Assembly (NCBI GenBank): GCA_002269645.1
Contig: NIVC01002226.1
Location: 32,705 to 96,704 of the forward strand
Length of the DNA: 64,000 nucleotides
Direction of reading: 5' to 3'
Source of the DNA: Macrostomum lignano
Lineage: Eukaryota
Every line of letters begins with the position of its first letter. Position 1 is the first letter of the stretch. Position numbers and translations under genes: made by a program. This document shows, in pieces, positions 1-46,200 of the stretch. The notes beneath the pieces were generated by a model. The model had not been told where the DNA came from and made no database searches. It saw only the letters and a list, made by a program, of their open reading frames with translations.

Positions 1-392
1 AAGGCACAAGCTCTAACCCTAACCCTACTCGAGCTTTCTGCTTTTTTTTCGACGATGTGATTTTTCGAGCTTGTGATGGTGGATGCTTATCGACGATGTG
101 ATTTTTCGAGCTTGTGATGGGCCCCCATTTTCGCGCTGTCGCGAGATGCAATTTTTTTACATTAGCTTCTATGGCTACAAGCGATTAATGAGTGGCCCAT
201 CTTGTGTATATATGATCTTTTCATGGCCGATGTACACCCTGTGTGAGCGTGTGTACAACTGCGTGCCTGCGAACAGTATTGGTGGGATTATTACTATTAG
301 TAGTCGCTTTTATTTAAAAAATCCCGGCTTTAAACTTATCGCAGGCCAAGGACGCTACGATACTTCGGCATTGCGTTGACCAACTGCAACAG

Positions 393-24577
<24,185 letters not shown>

Positions 24578-24655
24578 ATGAGAGACTTATGCAAACTATT
24601 GAAGAAAAGGAAGTTTCGTTATGAACCAGGCTTTTTTGCTGCACATTTTTGCTAG

Positions 24656-24661
24656 AATAAA
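24656..24661 (+). terminator. Candidate polyadenylation signal of UBR4
   Basis: AATAAA about 80 nt after the stop; a second AATAAA overlaps the stop at 24573-24578. Confidence 0.5.
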
Positions 24662-26666
24662 TGAATGCTTAAGTTTACTTAAGTAGAAACCTGCGCAAAC
24701 TCTTGATTTTTGAGTTTTAAACTTGAAGTTTTACGCCACTGAGGTTAAAATGATACTTCAGTTGAGAACACACTAAGCCAACCCTTTAATGTCAATACTC
24801 TAGAACTAGACTTTGTTATTGTACTATTTCTATTAAGAAGTTTTGTGTTTCTCTTTGCACCTGAGCTCTTGTACTTTTGTTTGGCGTGAGATTGATTCTT
24901 TTTTTAATTCTAATAAATATTCAGACTTCTGCTCTCAAAGGTTTTTTTGATCGACCGCCAACCCCCTTTCCCTCAATGTACACGTATTTTCCACACTCAT
25001 TATTAATCGATAAATTGAAAAAAAAACTACATCCAGACAAACAAAAGCATAGCGCGAATTCAAATTGCGGCTCTATTTCTAAGAAAACAAATGTAGCTTT
25101 TTGAAAAGATAATCTAAATTAATTATGTTAAAAAATTATTTAAATGTGTTCACTACTATTGACAAACTACTGCGAGTAGTTCATTCGCATATGACGCCGC
25201 TGTTTGATTTATGCGCAATGTTTTGTTGTACCATCGGACCTTGTCCTGCTGCTTATTAAGTTGTTTAAACTATTGTGAGATTATAATAAGCAAGTCGCTG
25301 CTTTGTTTTACTACTCGCTGTGCATTCTTGTTCGAGTAGTAATGCACGCCCAACATGTTTGAGTCGCCTATACCCGCCCACTCGCATCCTCAGCCTCAAT
25401 TCCTTGATTGATCAACAATTAACTCTACGGCAGATATCACTATCTCGGACTTTCTTTTATTGCCCTCTTACTTATCAATTAGCTGGTTTGCACCGGAAAA
25501 GTAGCGAAATAAATAAATATATATACCGGTATTCAACAGACAAAAACCTAAGTAAATTAGTGTGTGTGTACTTCGCCCCCAGCCTTGTTGTTTCCCGTTT
25601 TTGTGATTAAACAATTGGTTTCTGGTGTGTTTTTTGTTTGTTATTTGTTTATTTTTCGACTTACAGTACATCTACACATTCAGGTGTAGGTGCAGTACTC
25701 GTCGTCGTCTACTTCGTATAGCTGAATTGTATTGGCTCTGCAGGCAGAGTCCCAGGACACCAAATACCGGTACTGTATACCGGCGCCCTCAGTGCTTAGG
25801 ATCGTGGCCCCTTCGAATTCTTACGTACGCCACTAAAGTACATATGCTGAGCACTTTAGGTGTAAGACTACTAGCATTTAGTTTGGGCTCATTGAATTTT
25901 CGTTTGCAGGACGGTCGCAGCGCCACCTATTTGAAAACACGTTAAATTCAAGTACTATAGCCCCTTAAGAAAAGTAGTAACATTTTTAACAAAATGAGAG
26001 GCAGATATATCTGAGTCCTAAACTGGAGTCTGTCCTGCAAGCGCTACAAAACCCTTGGATTTGAATGCGTGCGCAGTAACAGGGACTCCTGGGCCCGCTT
26101 CGCTTAGGCGTAGTCAGTCCCTGGCAGTAAACACGGATTGGCGATTAGCCCTAGTGTCACCACCTTCAAGGGGTACATGGGTGTGAGAAAGGGAAGGCTG
26201 ACCCTCAAGGCGCAGTGTGTTACATGGCTGACAATTTGACGATTAGTCAAGCCCGCTATACGCACCCTGTGTGAGGATGTATAAACGCGTGCCTGCAAAG
26301 CATGCGGTTCTCCGGGATGTTTTATAAGGAGTCAGCGGAAAGAAACAGGACTGTGCATAGTGTTGTTTTCGAGACAATATTGTTGAAAGTGTTTAAAACT
26401 TATTTTTTAAATAATTTATCATTTGTAAGATAAAAACTTTGTTTAGTTGTTGTTTTACTGGTGAATCGTAAAAGGCTCAGCGATGATTATTTCAAATTCT
26501 ATGAATTCTATGAATCAGCATTTGCCTGAGCCAATTTACAACTACTACATTCAACAAATTTCGTAAAGTTGTGCAACTTCTTTTCTTTTTTTAAACGCAT
26601 CACTCCGATTCCTCCGAATTGTAAGAGCTTCTGTCAATCAGCATAAAAATTACTCATTATATTTAA

Positions 26667-26690
26667 TACTAACTTAGAGGTTTTTTATAG
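26667..26690 (+). promoter_or_regulatory. Branch point plus 3' splice acceptor 21 nt upstream of the RTCA ATG (trans-splice or 5'UTR-intron acceptor)
   Basis: TACTAAC (26667-26673), then TTTTTTATAG (AG 26689-26690), ATG at 26712. Confidence 0.55.
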
Positions 26691-26711
26691 TTAAACTCTC
26701 AATAATTTCAA

Positions 26712-33731
<7,020 letters not shown>

Positions 33732-34204
33732 ATCAAATCTGCGTGTTACTTGCGTTTAAAACTGTTTTATCTGCGTTTTTATGGCTATGGAATGGGTTTT
33801 TTGCCATAGACAAGTTCAATTGCGAAAAAAATACACTAAAGAGACAGGAACAGCTGAAAACGATAAATAAAAAATCCATATTTAGTTAAGAAAAATGCTT
33901 AAAATGCTGATTTTACTACTAAACAAGTAGTCTTATGCGTTTCTGTGTGTCGTTGAAAATTTTCTTCTATAAATAAAGAAGTACATGTATACAAGTTTAT
34001 ATTTTCAATAATCTGTCTTTTTAAACTATTTTGTTTTTATGATTTGCAATAAAAATGTTTAGCATGAAGATATGACAAGTGCTTTTCTTCTCAGGTCATT
34101 TGGTTTTACCAAAACGCTCTGAATGCCTTAGTAAAATTTTACATATTTTACTTATATGTTTTAATAATCGTCTGCAGTCATTGTAAAAGAGTCACTTATG
34201 CATG

Positions 34205-37200
34205 ACTGAGACTGAGTCACTTCAACATCAGTGAGACTGAGTCACTTCAACATCAGTGAGACTGAGTCACTTCGACATCAGTGAGACTGAGTCACTTCGA
34301 CATCAGAGAGACTGAGTCACTTCAACATCAGTGAGACTGAGTCACTTCAACATCAGTGAGACTGAGTCACTTTAACATCAGTGAGACTGAGTTCACTGAG
34401 TCTCACTGAGTTCACTGACTGAGTTCACTTCAACATCAGTGAGACTGAGTCACTTCAACATCAGTGAGACTGAGTCACTTTAACATCAGTGAGACTCAGT
34501 CACTTCAACATCAGTGAGACTGAGTCACTTCAACATCAGTGAGACTGAGTCACTTCAACATCAGTGAGACTGAGTCACTTCAACAGCAGTGAGACTGAGT
34601 CACTTCGACATCCAGAGAGACTGAGTCACTTCAACATCATTGAGACTGAGTCACTTTAACATCAGTGAGACTGAGTCACTTCAACATCCAGAGAGACTGA
34701 GTCACTTCAACATCAGTGAGACTGAGTCACTTCGACATCCAGAGAGACTGAGTCACTTCGACATCCAGAGAGACTGAGTCACTTCAACATCATTGAGACT
34801 GAGTCACTTCGACATCCAGAGAGACTGAGTCACTTCAACATCAGTGAGACTGAGTCACTTCAACATCAGTGAGACTGAGTCACTTCGACATCCAGAGAGA
34901 CTGAGTCACTTCAACATCAGTGAGACTGAGTCACTTCAACATCATTGAGACTGAGTCACTTCGACATCCAGAGAGACTGAGTCACTTCAACATCCAGAGA
35001 GACTGAGTCACTTCAACATCAGTGAGACTGAGTCACTTCGACATCCAGAGAGACTGAGTCACTTCAACATCCAGAGAGACTGAGTCACTTCAACATCAGT
35101 GAGACTGAGTCACTTCAACATCATTGAGACTGAGTCACTTCAACATCAGTGAGACTGAGTCACTTCGACATCATTGAGACTGAGTCACTTCAACATCATT
35201 GAGACTGAGTCACTTCAACATCATTGAGACTGAGTCACTTCAACATCATTGAGACTGAGTCACTTCAACATCAGTGAGACTGAGTCACTTCGACATCCAG
35301 AGAGACTGAGTCACTTCAACATCATTGAGACTGAGTCACTTCAACATCATTGAGACTGAGTCACTTCGACATCCAGAGAGACTGAGTCACTTCGACATCC
35401 AGAGAGACTGAGTCACTTCAACATCATTGAGACTGAGTCACTTCAACATCATTGAGACTCAGTCACTTTAACATCAGTGAGACTGAGTCACTTCGACATC
35501 ATTGAGACTGAGTCACTTCAACATCAGTGAGACTGAGTCACTTCAACATCAGTGAGACTGAGTCACTTCGACATCCAGAGAGACTGAGTCACTTCAACAT
35601 CCAGAGAGACTGAGTCACTTCAACATCATTGAGACTGAGTCACTTCAACATCATTGAGACTGAGTCACTTCAACATCAGTGAGACTGAGTCACTTCGACA
35701 TCATTGAGACTGAGTCACTTCAACATCATTGAGACTGAGTCACTTCAACATCAGTGAGACTGAGTCACTTCAACATCATTGAGACTGAGTCACTTCAACA
35801 TCAGTGAGACTGAGTCACTTCGACATCCAGAGAGACTGAGTCACTTCAACATCATTGAGACTGAGTCACTTCAACATCATTGAGACTGAGTCACTTCGAC
35901 ATCCAGAGAGACTGAGTCACTTCAACATCATTGAGACTGAGTCACTTCAACATCATTGAGACTCAGTCACTTCAACATCAGTGAGACTGAGTCACTTCAA
36001 CATCAGTGAGACTGAGTCACTTTAACATCAGTGAGACTGAGTCACTTCGACATCCAGAGAGACTGAGTCACTTCAACATCATTGAGACTCAGTCACTTCA
36101 ACATCAGTGAGACTGAGTCACTTCAACATCATTGAGACTGAGTCACTTCGACATCCAGAGAGACTGAGTCACTTCAACATCAGTGAGACTGAGTCACTTC
36201 AACATCAGTGAGACTGAGTCACTTCAACATCCAGAGAGACTGAGTCACTTCAACATCATTGAGACTCAGTCACTTTAACATCAGTGAGACTGAGTCACTT
36301 CAACATCATTGAGACTGAGTCACTTCGACATCCAGAGCGACTGAGTCACTTCAACATCATTGAGACTGAGTCACTTCAACATCAGTGAGACTGAGTCACT
36401 TCGACATCCAGAGAGACTGAGTCACTTCAACATCCAGAGAGACTGAGTCACTTCAACATCATTGAGACTGAGTCACTTCAACATCAGTGAGACTGAGTCA
36501 CTTCGACATCCAGAGAGACTGAGTCACTTCAACATCATTGAGACTGAGTCACTTCAACATCAGTGAGACTGAGTCACTTCGACATCCAGAGAGACTGAGT
36601 CACTTCAACATCATTGAGACTGAGTCACTTCAACATCAGTGAGACTGAGTCACTTCAACATCAGTGAGACTGAGTCACTTCAACATCAGTGAGACTGAGT
36701 CACTTCAACATCAGTGAGACTGAGTCACTTTAACATCAGTGAGACTGAGTTCACTGAGTCTCACTGAGTTCACTGACTGAGTTCACTTCAACATCAGTGA
36801 GACTGAGTCACTTCAACATCAGTGAGACTGAGTCACTTTAACATCAGTGAGACTCAGTCACTTCAACATCAGTGAGACTGAGTCACTTCAACATCAGTGA
36901 GACTGAGTCACTTCGACATCAGTGAGACTGAGTCACTTCGACATCAGTGAGACTGAGTCACTTCAACATCAGTGAGACTGAGTCACTTCAACATCATTGA
37001 GACTGAGTCACTTTAACATCAGTGAGACTGAGTTCACTGAGTCTCACTGAGTTCACTGACTGAGTTCACTTCAACATCAGTGAGACTGAGTCACTTCAAC
37101 ATCAGTGAGACTGAGTCACTTTAACATCAGTGAGACTCAGTCACTTCAACATCAGTGAGACTGAGTCACTTCAACATCAGTGAGACTGAGTCACTTCAAC

Positions 37201-40200
37201 ATCAGTGAGACTGAGTCACTTCAACATCAGTGAGACTGAGTCACTTCGACATCCAGAGAGACTGAGTCACTTCAACATCATTGAGACTGAGTCACTTCAA
37301 CATCAGTGAGACTGAGTCACTTCAACATCCAGAGAGACTGAGTCACTTCAACATCAGTGAGACTGAGTCACTTCGACATCCAGAGAGACTGAGTCACTTC
37401 GACATCCAGAGAGACTGAGTCACTTCAACATCATTGAGACTGAGTCACTTCGACATCCAGAGAGACTGAGTCACTTCAACATCAGTGAGACTGAGTCACT
37501 TCAACATCAGTGAGACTGAGTCACTTCGACATCCAGAGAGACTGAGTCACTTCAACATCAGTGAGACTGAGTCACTTCAACATCATTGAGACTGAGTCAC
37601 TTCGACATCCAGAGAGACTGAGTCACTTCAACATCAGTGAGACTGAGTCACTTCAACATCAGTGAGACTGAGTCACTTCGACATCCAGAGAGACTGAGTC
37701 ACTTCAACATCCAGAGAGACTGAGTCACTTCAACATCAGTGAGACTGAGTCACTTCAACATCATTGAGACTGAGTCACTTCAACATCAGTGAGACTGAGT
37801 CACTTCGACATCATTGAGACTGAGTCACTTCAACATCATTGAGACTGAGTCACTTCAACATCATTGAGACTGAGTCACTTCAACATCATTGAGACTGAGT
37901 CACTTCAACATCAGTGAGACTGAGTCACTTCGACATCCAGAGAGACTGAGTCACTTCAACATCATTGAGACTGAGTCACTTCAACATCATTGAGACTGAG
38001 TCACTTCGACATCCAGAGAGACTGAGTCACTTCAACATCAGAGAGACTGAGTCACTTCAACATCAGTGAGACTGAGTCACTTCAACATCATTGAGACTGA
38101 GTCACTTCAACATCAGTGAGACTGAGTCACTTCGACATCATTGAGACTGAGTCACTTCAACATCATTGAGACTGAGTCACTTCAACATCATTGAGACTGA
38201 GTCACTTCAACATCATTGAGACTGAGTCACTTCAACATCAGTGAGACTGAGTCACTTCGACATCCAGAGAGACTGAGTCACTTCAACATCATTGAGACTG
38301 AGTCACTTCAACATCATTGAGACTGAGTCACTTCGACATCCAGAGAGACTGAGTCACTTCGACATCAGAGAGACTGAGTCACTTCAACATCATTGAGACT
38401 GAGTCACTTCAACATCATTGAGACTGAGTCACTTCAACATCAGTGAGACTGAGTCACTTCGACATCATTGAGACTGAGTCACTTCAACATCATTGAGACT
38501 GAGTCACTTCAACATCAGTGAGACTGAGTCACTTCGACATCCAGAGAGACTGAGTCACTTCAACATCAGAGAGACTGAGTCACTTCAACATCATTGAGAC
38601 TGAGTCACTTCAACATCATTGAGACTGAGTCACTTCAACATCAGTGAGACTGAGTCACTTCACATCATTGAGACTGAGTCACTTCAACATCATTGAGACT
38701 GAGTCACTTCAACATCAGTGAGACTGAGTCACTTCAACATCATTGAGACTGAGTCACTTCAACATCAGTGAGACTGAGTCACTTCGACATCCAGAGAGAC
38801 TGAGTCACTTCAACATCATTGAGACTGAGTCACTTCAACATCATTGAGACTGAGTCACTTCGACATCCAGAGAGACTGAGTCACTTCAACATCATTGAGA
38901 CTGAGTCACTTCAACATCATTGAGACTGAGTCACTTCAACATCAGTGAGACTGAGTCACTTCAACATCAGTGAGACTGAGTCACTTCAACATCAGTGAGA
39001 CTGAGTCACTTCGACATCCAGAGAGACTGAGTCACTTCAACATCATTGAGACTGAGTCACTTCAACATCAGTGAGACTGAGTCACTTCAACATCATTGAG
39101 ACTGAGTCACTTCGACATCCAGAGAGACTGAGTCACTTCAACATCAGTGAGACTGAGTCACTTCAACATCAGTGAGACTGAGTCACTTCAACATCCAGAG
39201 AGACTGAGTCACTTCAACATCATTGAGACTGAGTCACTTCAACATCAGTGAGACTGAGTCACTTCAACATCATGAGACTGAGTCACTTCGACATCCAGAG
39301 AGACTGAGTCACTTCAACATCATTGAGACTGAGTCACTTCAACATCATGAGACTGAGTCACTTCGACATCCAGAGAGACTGAGTCACTTCAACATCAGAG
39401 AGACTGAGTCACTTCAACATCATGAGACTGAGTCACTTCAACATCAGTGAGACTGAGTCACTTCGACATCCAGAGAGACTGAGTCACTTCAACATCATTG
39501 AGACTGAGTCACTTCAACATCAGTGAGACTGAGTCACTTCGACATCCAGAGAGACTGAGTCACTTCAACATCATTGAGACTGAGTCACTTCAACATCAGT
39601 GAGACTGAGTCACTTCAACATCAGTGAGACTGAGTCACTTCAACATCAGTGAGACTGAGTCACTTCAACATCAGTGAGACTGAGTCACTTCAACATCAGT
39701 GAGACTGAGTCACTTCTCACTCACTGACTGAGTCACTTCAACATCAGTGAGACTGAGTCACTTCAACATCAGTGAGACTGAGTCACTTCAACATCAGTGA
39801 GACTGAGTCACTTCAACATCAGTGAGACTGAGTCACTTCAACATCAGTGAGACTGAGTCACTTCAACATCAGTGAGACTGAGTCACTTCAACATCAGTGA
39901 GACTGAGTCACTTCAACATCAGTGAGACTGAGTCACTTCAACATCATTGAGACTGAGTCACTTCAACATCAGTGAGACTGAGTCACTTCACTGAGTCAGA
40001 CTGAGTCACTTCAACATCAGTGAGACTGAGTCACTTCAACATCAGTGAGACTGAGTCACTTCAACATCAGTGAGACTGAGTCACTTCAACATCAGTGAGA
40101 CTGAGTCACTTCAACATCAGTGAGACTGAGTCACTTCAACATCAGTGAGACTGAGTCACTTCAACATCAGTGAGACTGAGTCACTTCGACATCCAGAGAG

Positions 40201-43200
40201 ACTGAGTCACTTCAACATCATGAGACTGAGTCACTTCAACATCAGTGAGACTGAGTCACTTCAACATCCAGAGAGACTGAGTCACTTCAACATCAGTGAG
40301 ACTGAGTCACTTCGACATCCAGAGAGACTGAGTCACTTCACATCCAGAGAGACTGAGTCACTTCAACATCATTGAGACTGAGTCACTTCACATCAGAGAG
40401 ACTGAGTCACTTCAACATCAGTGAGACTGAGTCACTTCAACATCAGTGAGACTGAGTCACTTCGACATCCAGAGAGACTGAGTCACTTCAACATCAGTGA
40501 GACTGAGTCACTTCAACATCATTGAGACTGAGTCACTTCGACATCCAGAGAGACTGAGTCACTTCAACATCAGAGAGACTGAGTCACTTCAACATCAGTG
40601 AGACTGAGTCACTTCGACATCCAGAGAGACTGAGTCACTTCAACATCAGAGAGACTGAGTCACTTCAACATCAGTGAGACTGAGTCACTTCAACATCATT
40701 GAGACTGAGTCACTTCAACATCAGTGAGACTGAGTCACTTCACATCATTGAGACTGAGTCACTTCAACATCATTGAGACTGAGTCACTTCAACATCATTG
40801 AGACTGAGTCACTTCAACATCATTGAGACTGAGTCACTTCAACATCAGTGAGACTGAGTCACTTCGACATCCAGAGAGACTGAGTCACTTCAACATCATT
40901 GAGACTGAGTCACTTCAACATCATTGAGACTGAGTCACTTCGACATCAGAGAGACTGAGTCACTTCAACATCAGAGAGACTGAGTCACTTCAACATCATT
41001 GAGACTGAGTCACTTCAACATCATTGAGACTGAGTCACTTCAACATCAGTGAGACTGAGTCACTTCGACATCATTGAGACTGAGTCACTTCAACATCAGT
41101 GAGACTGAGTCACTTCAACATCAGTGAGACTGAGTCACTTCGACATCAGAGAGACTGAGTCACTTCAACATCAGAGAGACTGAGTCACTTCAACATCATT
41201 GAGACTGAGTCACTTCAACATCATTGAGACTGAGTCACTTCAACATCAGTGAGACTGAGTCACTTCAACATCATTGAGACTGAGTCACTTCAACATCAGT
41301 GAGACTGAGTCACTTCACATCAGAGAGACTGAGTCACTTCAACATCATTGAGACTGAGTCACTTCAACATCATTGAGACTGAGTCACTTCACATCAGAGA
41401 GACTGAGTCACTTCAACATCATTGAGACTGAGTCACTTCAACATCATTGAGACTGAGTCACTTCAACATCAGTGAGACTGAGTCACTTCAACATCAGTGA
41501 GACTGAGTCACTTCAACATCATTGAGACTGAGTCACTTCACATCAGAGAGACTGAGTCACTTCAACATCAGTGAGACTGAGTCACTTCAACATCAGTGAG
41601 ACTGAGTCACTTCGACATCAGAGAGACTGAGTCACTTCAACATCATTGAGACTGAGTCACTTCAACATCAGTGAGACTGAGTCACTTCAACATCATTGAG
41701 ACTGAGTCACTTCGACATCCAGAGAGACTGAGTCACTTCAACATCAGTGAGACTGAGTCACTTCAACATCAGTGAGACTGAGTCACTTCAACATCCAGAG
41801 AGACTGAGTCACTTCAACATCATTGAGACTGAGTCACTTCAACATCAGTGAGACTGAGTCACTTCAACATCATGAGACTGAGTCACTTCGACATCCAGAG
41901 ACTGAGTCACTTCAACATCATTGAGACTGAGTCACTTCAACATCAGTGAGACTGAGTCACTTCGACATCCAGAGAGACTGAGTCACTTCAACATCAGAGA
42001 GACTGAGTCACTTCAACATCAGTGAGACTGAGTCACTTCAACATCAGTGAGACTGAGTCACTTCGACATCCAGAGAGACTGAGTCACTTCAACATCATTG
42101 AGACTGAGTCACTTCAACATCAGTGAGACTGAGTCACTTCGACATCAGAGAGACTGAGTCACTTCAACATCATGAGACTGAGTCACTTCAACATCAGTGA
42201 GACTGAGTCACTTCAACATCAGTGAGACTGAGTCACTTCAACATCAGTGAGACTGAGTCACTTCAACATCAGTGAGACTGAGTCACTTCAACATCAGTGA
42301 GACTGAGTCACTTCAACATCAGTGAGACTGAGTCACTTCAACATCAGTGAGACTGAGTCACTTCACATCACTGAGACTGACTGAGTCACTTCAACATCAG
42401 TGAGACTGAGTCACTTCAACATCAGTGAGACTGAGTCACTTCAACATCAGTGAGACTGAGTCACTTCAACATCAGTGAGACTGAGTCACTTCAACATCAG
42501 TGAGACTGAGTCACTTCAACATCAGTGAGACTGAGTCACTTCAACATCAGTGAGACTGAGTCACTTCAACATCAGAGAGACTGAGTCACTTCAACATCAT
42601 GAGACTGAGTCACTTCAACATCAGTGAGACTGAGTCACTTCAACATCAGAGAGACTGAGTCACTTCAACATCAGTGAGACTGAGTCACTTCGACATCAGA
42701 GAGACTGAGTCACTTCAACATCAGAGAGACTGAGTCACTTCAACATCATGAGACTGAGTCACTTCGACATCAGAGAGACTGAGTCACTTCAACATCAGTG
42801 AGACTGAGTCACTTCAACATCAGTGAGACTGAGTCACTTCACATCCAGAGAGACTGAGTCACTTCAACATCAGTGAGACTGAGTCACTTCAACATCATGA
42901 GACTGAGTCACTTCGACATCCAGAGAGACTGAGTCACTTCAACATCAGAGAGACTGAGTCACTTCAACATCAGTGAGACTGAGTCACTTCACATCAGAGA
43001 GACTGAGTCACTTCAACATCAGAGAGACTGAGTCACTTCAACATCAGTGAGACTGAGTCACTTCAACATCATGAGACTGAGTCACTTCAACATCAGTGAG
43101 ACTGAGTCACTTCACATCATTGAGACTGAGTCACTTCAACATCATTGAGACTGAGTCACTTCAACATCATGAGACTGAGTCACTTCAACATCATGAGACT

Positions 43201-46200
43201 GAGTCACTTCAACATCAGTGAGACTGAGTCACTTCACATCAGAGAGACTGAGTCACTTCAACATCATTGAGACTGAGTCACTTCAACATCATGAGACTGA
43301 GTCACTTCGACATCAGAGAGACTGAGTCACTTCAACATCAGTGAGACTGAGTCACTTCAACATCATTGAGACTGAGTCACTTCAACATCATTGAGACTGA
43401 GTCACTTCAACATCAGTGAGACTGAGTCACTTCGACATCATTGAGACTGAGTCACTTCAACATCAGTGAGACTGAGTCACTTCAACATCAGTGAGACTGA
43501 GTCACTTCAACATCAGTGAGACTGAGTCACTTCAACATCAGAGAGACTGAGTCACTTCAACATCATTGAGACTGAGTCACTTCAACATCATTGAGACTGA
43601 GTCACTTCAACATCAGTGAGACTGAGTCACTTCAACATCATTGAGACTGAGTCACTTCAACATCATTGAGACTGAGTCACTTCAACATCAGTGAGACTGA
43701 GTCACTTCAACATCATTGAGACTGAGTCACTTCAACATCAGTGAGACTGAGTCACTTCAACATCATTGAGACTGAGTCACTTCAACATCATTGAGACTGA
43801 GTCACTTCAACATCATTGAGACTGAGTCACTTCAACATCAGAGAGACTGAGTCACTTCAACATCATTGAGACTGAGTCACTTCAACATCATTGAGACTGA
43901 GTCACTTCAACATCAGTGAGACTGAGTCACTTCAACATCAGTGAGACTGAGTCACTTTAACATCAGTGAGACTGAGTCACTTCAACATCATTGAGACTGA
44001 GTCACTTCAACATCCAGAGAGACTGAGTCACTTCAACATCAGTGAGACTGAGTCACTTCAACATCAGTGAGACTGAGTCACTTCGACATCCAGAGAGACT
44101 GAGTCACTTCAACATCATTGAGACTGAGTCACTTCAACATCAGTGAGACTGAGTCACTTCAACATCATTGAGACTGAGTCACTTCGACATCCAGAGAGAC
44201 TGAGTCACTTCAACATCAGTGAGACTGAGTCACTTCAACATCAGTGAGACTGAGTCACTTCAACATCCAGAGAGACTGAGTCACTTCAACATCATTGAGA
44301 CTGAGTCACTTCAACATCAGTGAGACTGAGTCACTTCAACATCATTGAGACTGAGTCACTTCGACATCCAGAGACTGAGTCACTTCAACATCATGAGACT
44401 GAGTCACTTCAACATCAGTGAGACTGAGTCACTTCGACATCCAGAGAGACTGAGTCACTTCAACATCAGAGAGACTGAGTCACTTCAACATCATGAGACT
44501 GAGTCACTTCAACATCAGTGAGACTGAGTCACTTCGACATCAGAGAGACTGAGTCACTTCAACATCATTGAGACTGAGTCACTTCAACATCAGTGAGACT
44601 GAGTCACTTCGACATCCAGAGAGACTGAGTCACTTCAACATCATGAGACTGAGTCACTTCAACATCAGTGAGACTGAGTCACTTCAACATCAGTGAGACT
44701 GAGTCACTTCAACATCAGTGAGACTGAGTCACTTCAACATCAGTGAGACTGAGTCACTTCAACATCAGTGAGACTGAGTCACTTCAACATCAGTGAGACT
44801 GAGTCACTTCAACATCAGTGAGACTGAGTCACTTCTCACAGTGAGACTGAGTCACTTCAACATCAGTGAGACTGAGTCACTTCAACATCAGTGAGACTGA
44901 GTCACTTCAACATCAGTGAGACTGAGTCACTTCAACATCAGTGAGACTGAGTCACTTCAACATCAGTGAGACTGAGTCACTTCAACATCAGTGAGACTGA
45001 GTCACTTCAACATCAGTGAGACTGAGTCACTTCAACATCAGAGAGACTGAGTCACTTCAACATCATTGAGACTGAGTCACTTCAACATCAGAGAGACTGA
45101 GTCACTTCAACATCAGTGAGACTGAGTCACTTCAACATCAGTGAGACTGAGTCACTTCGACATCAGAGAGACTGAGTCACTTCAACATCAGTGAGACTGA
45201 GTCACTTCAACATCATGAGACTGAGTCACTTCGACATCCAGAGAGACTGAGTCACTTCAACATCAGAGAGACTGAGTCACTTCAACATCAGTGAGACTGA
45301 GTCACTTCGACATCCAGAGAGACTGAGTCACTTCAACATCAGAGAGACTGAGTCACTTCAACATCAGTGAGACTGAGTCACTTCGACATCCAGAGAGACT
45401 GAGTCACTTCAACATCATTGAGACTGAGTCACTTCAACATCAGTGAGACTGAGTCACTTCGACATCCAGAGAGACTGAGTCACTTCAACATCATTGAGAC
45501 TGAGTCACTTCAACATCATGAGACTGAGTCACTTCAACATCAGTGAGACTGAGTCACTTCACATCATTGAGACTGAGTCACTTCAACATCAGTGAGACTG
45601 AGTCACTTCAACATCAGTGAGACTGAGTCACTTCGACATCCAGAGAGACTGAGTCACTTCAACATCAGAGAGACTGAGTCACTTCAACATCATTGAGACT
45701 GAGTCACTTCAACATCATTGAGACTGAGTCACTTCAACATCAGTGAGACTGAGTCACTTCAACATCATTGAGACTGAGTCACTTCAACATCATTGAGACT
45801 GAGTCACTTCAACATCAGTGAGACTGAGTCACTTCAACATCATTGAGACTGAGTCACTTCAACATCAGTGAGACTGAGTCACTTCGACATCCAGAGAGAC
45901 TGAGTCACTTCAACATCATTGAGACTGAGTCACTTCAACATCATTGAGACTGAGTCACTTCGACATCCAGAGAGACTGAGTCACTTCAACATCATTGAGA
46001 CTGAGTCACTTCAACATCATTGAGACTGAGTCACTTCAACATCAGTGAGACTGAGTCACTTCAACATCAGTGAGACTGAGTCACTTCAACATCATTGAGA
46101 CTGAGTCACTTCAACATCAGAGAGACTGAGTCACTTCAACATCAGTGAGACTGAGTCACTTCAACATCAGTGAGACTGAGTCACTTCAACATCCAGAGAG

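Noticed and set aside
14-120. (TAACCC)2 telomere seed and a 31-bp duplication (49-79, 90-120)
   Set aside because: Only two telomeric units inside a presumed intron; too short to call a telomere or an element end.
25600-26340. Complex intergenic sequence as a ribozyme, SINE or Helitron
   Set aside because: Some hairpins are present (CTAAAGT...ACTTTAG), but no hammerhead core, A/B boxes, TIRs or TSD could be established by eye.
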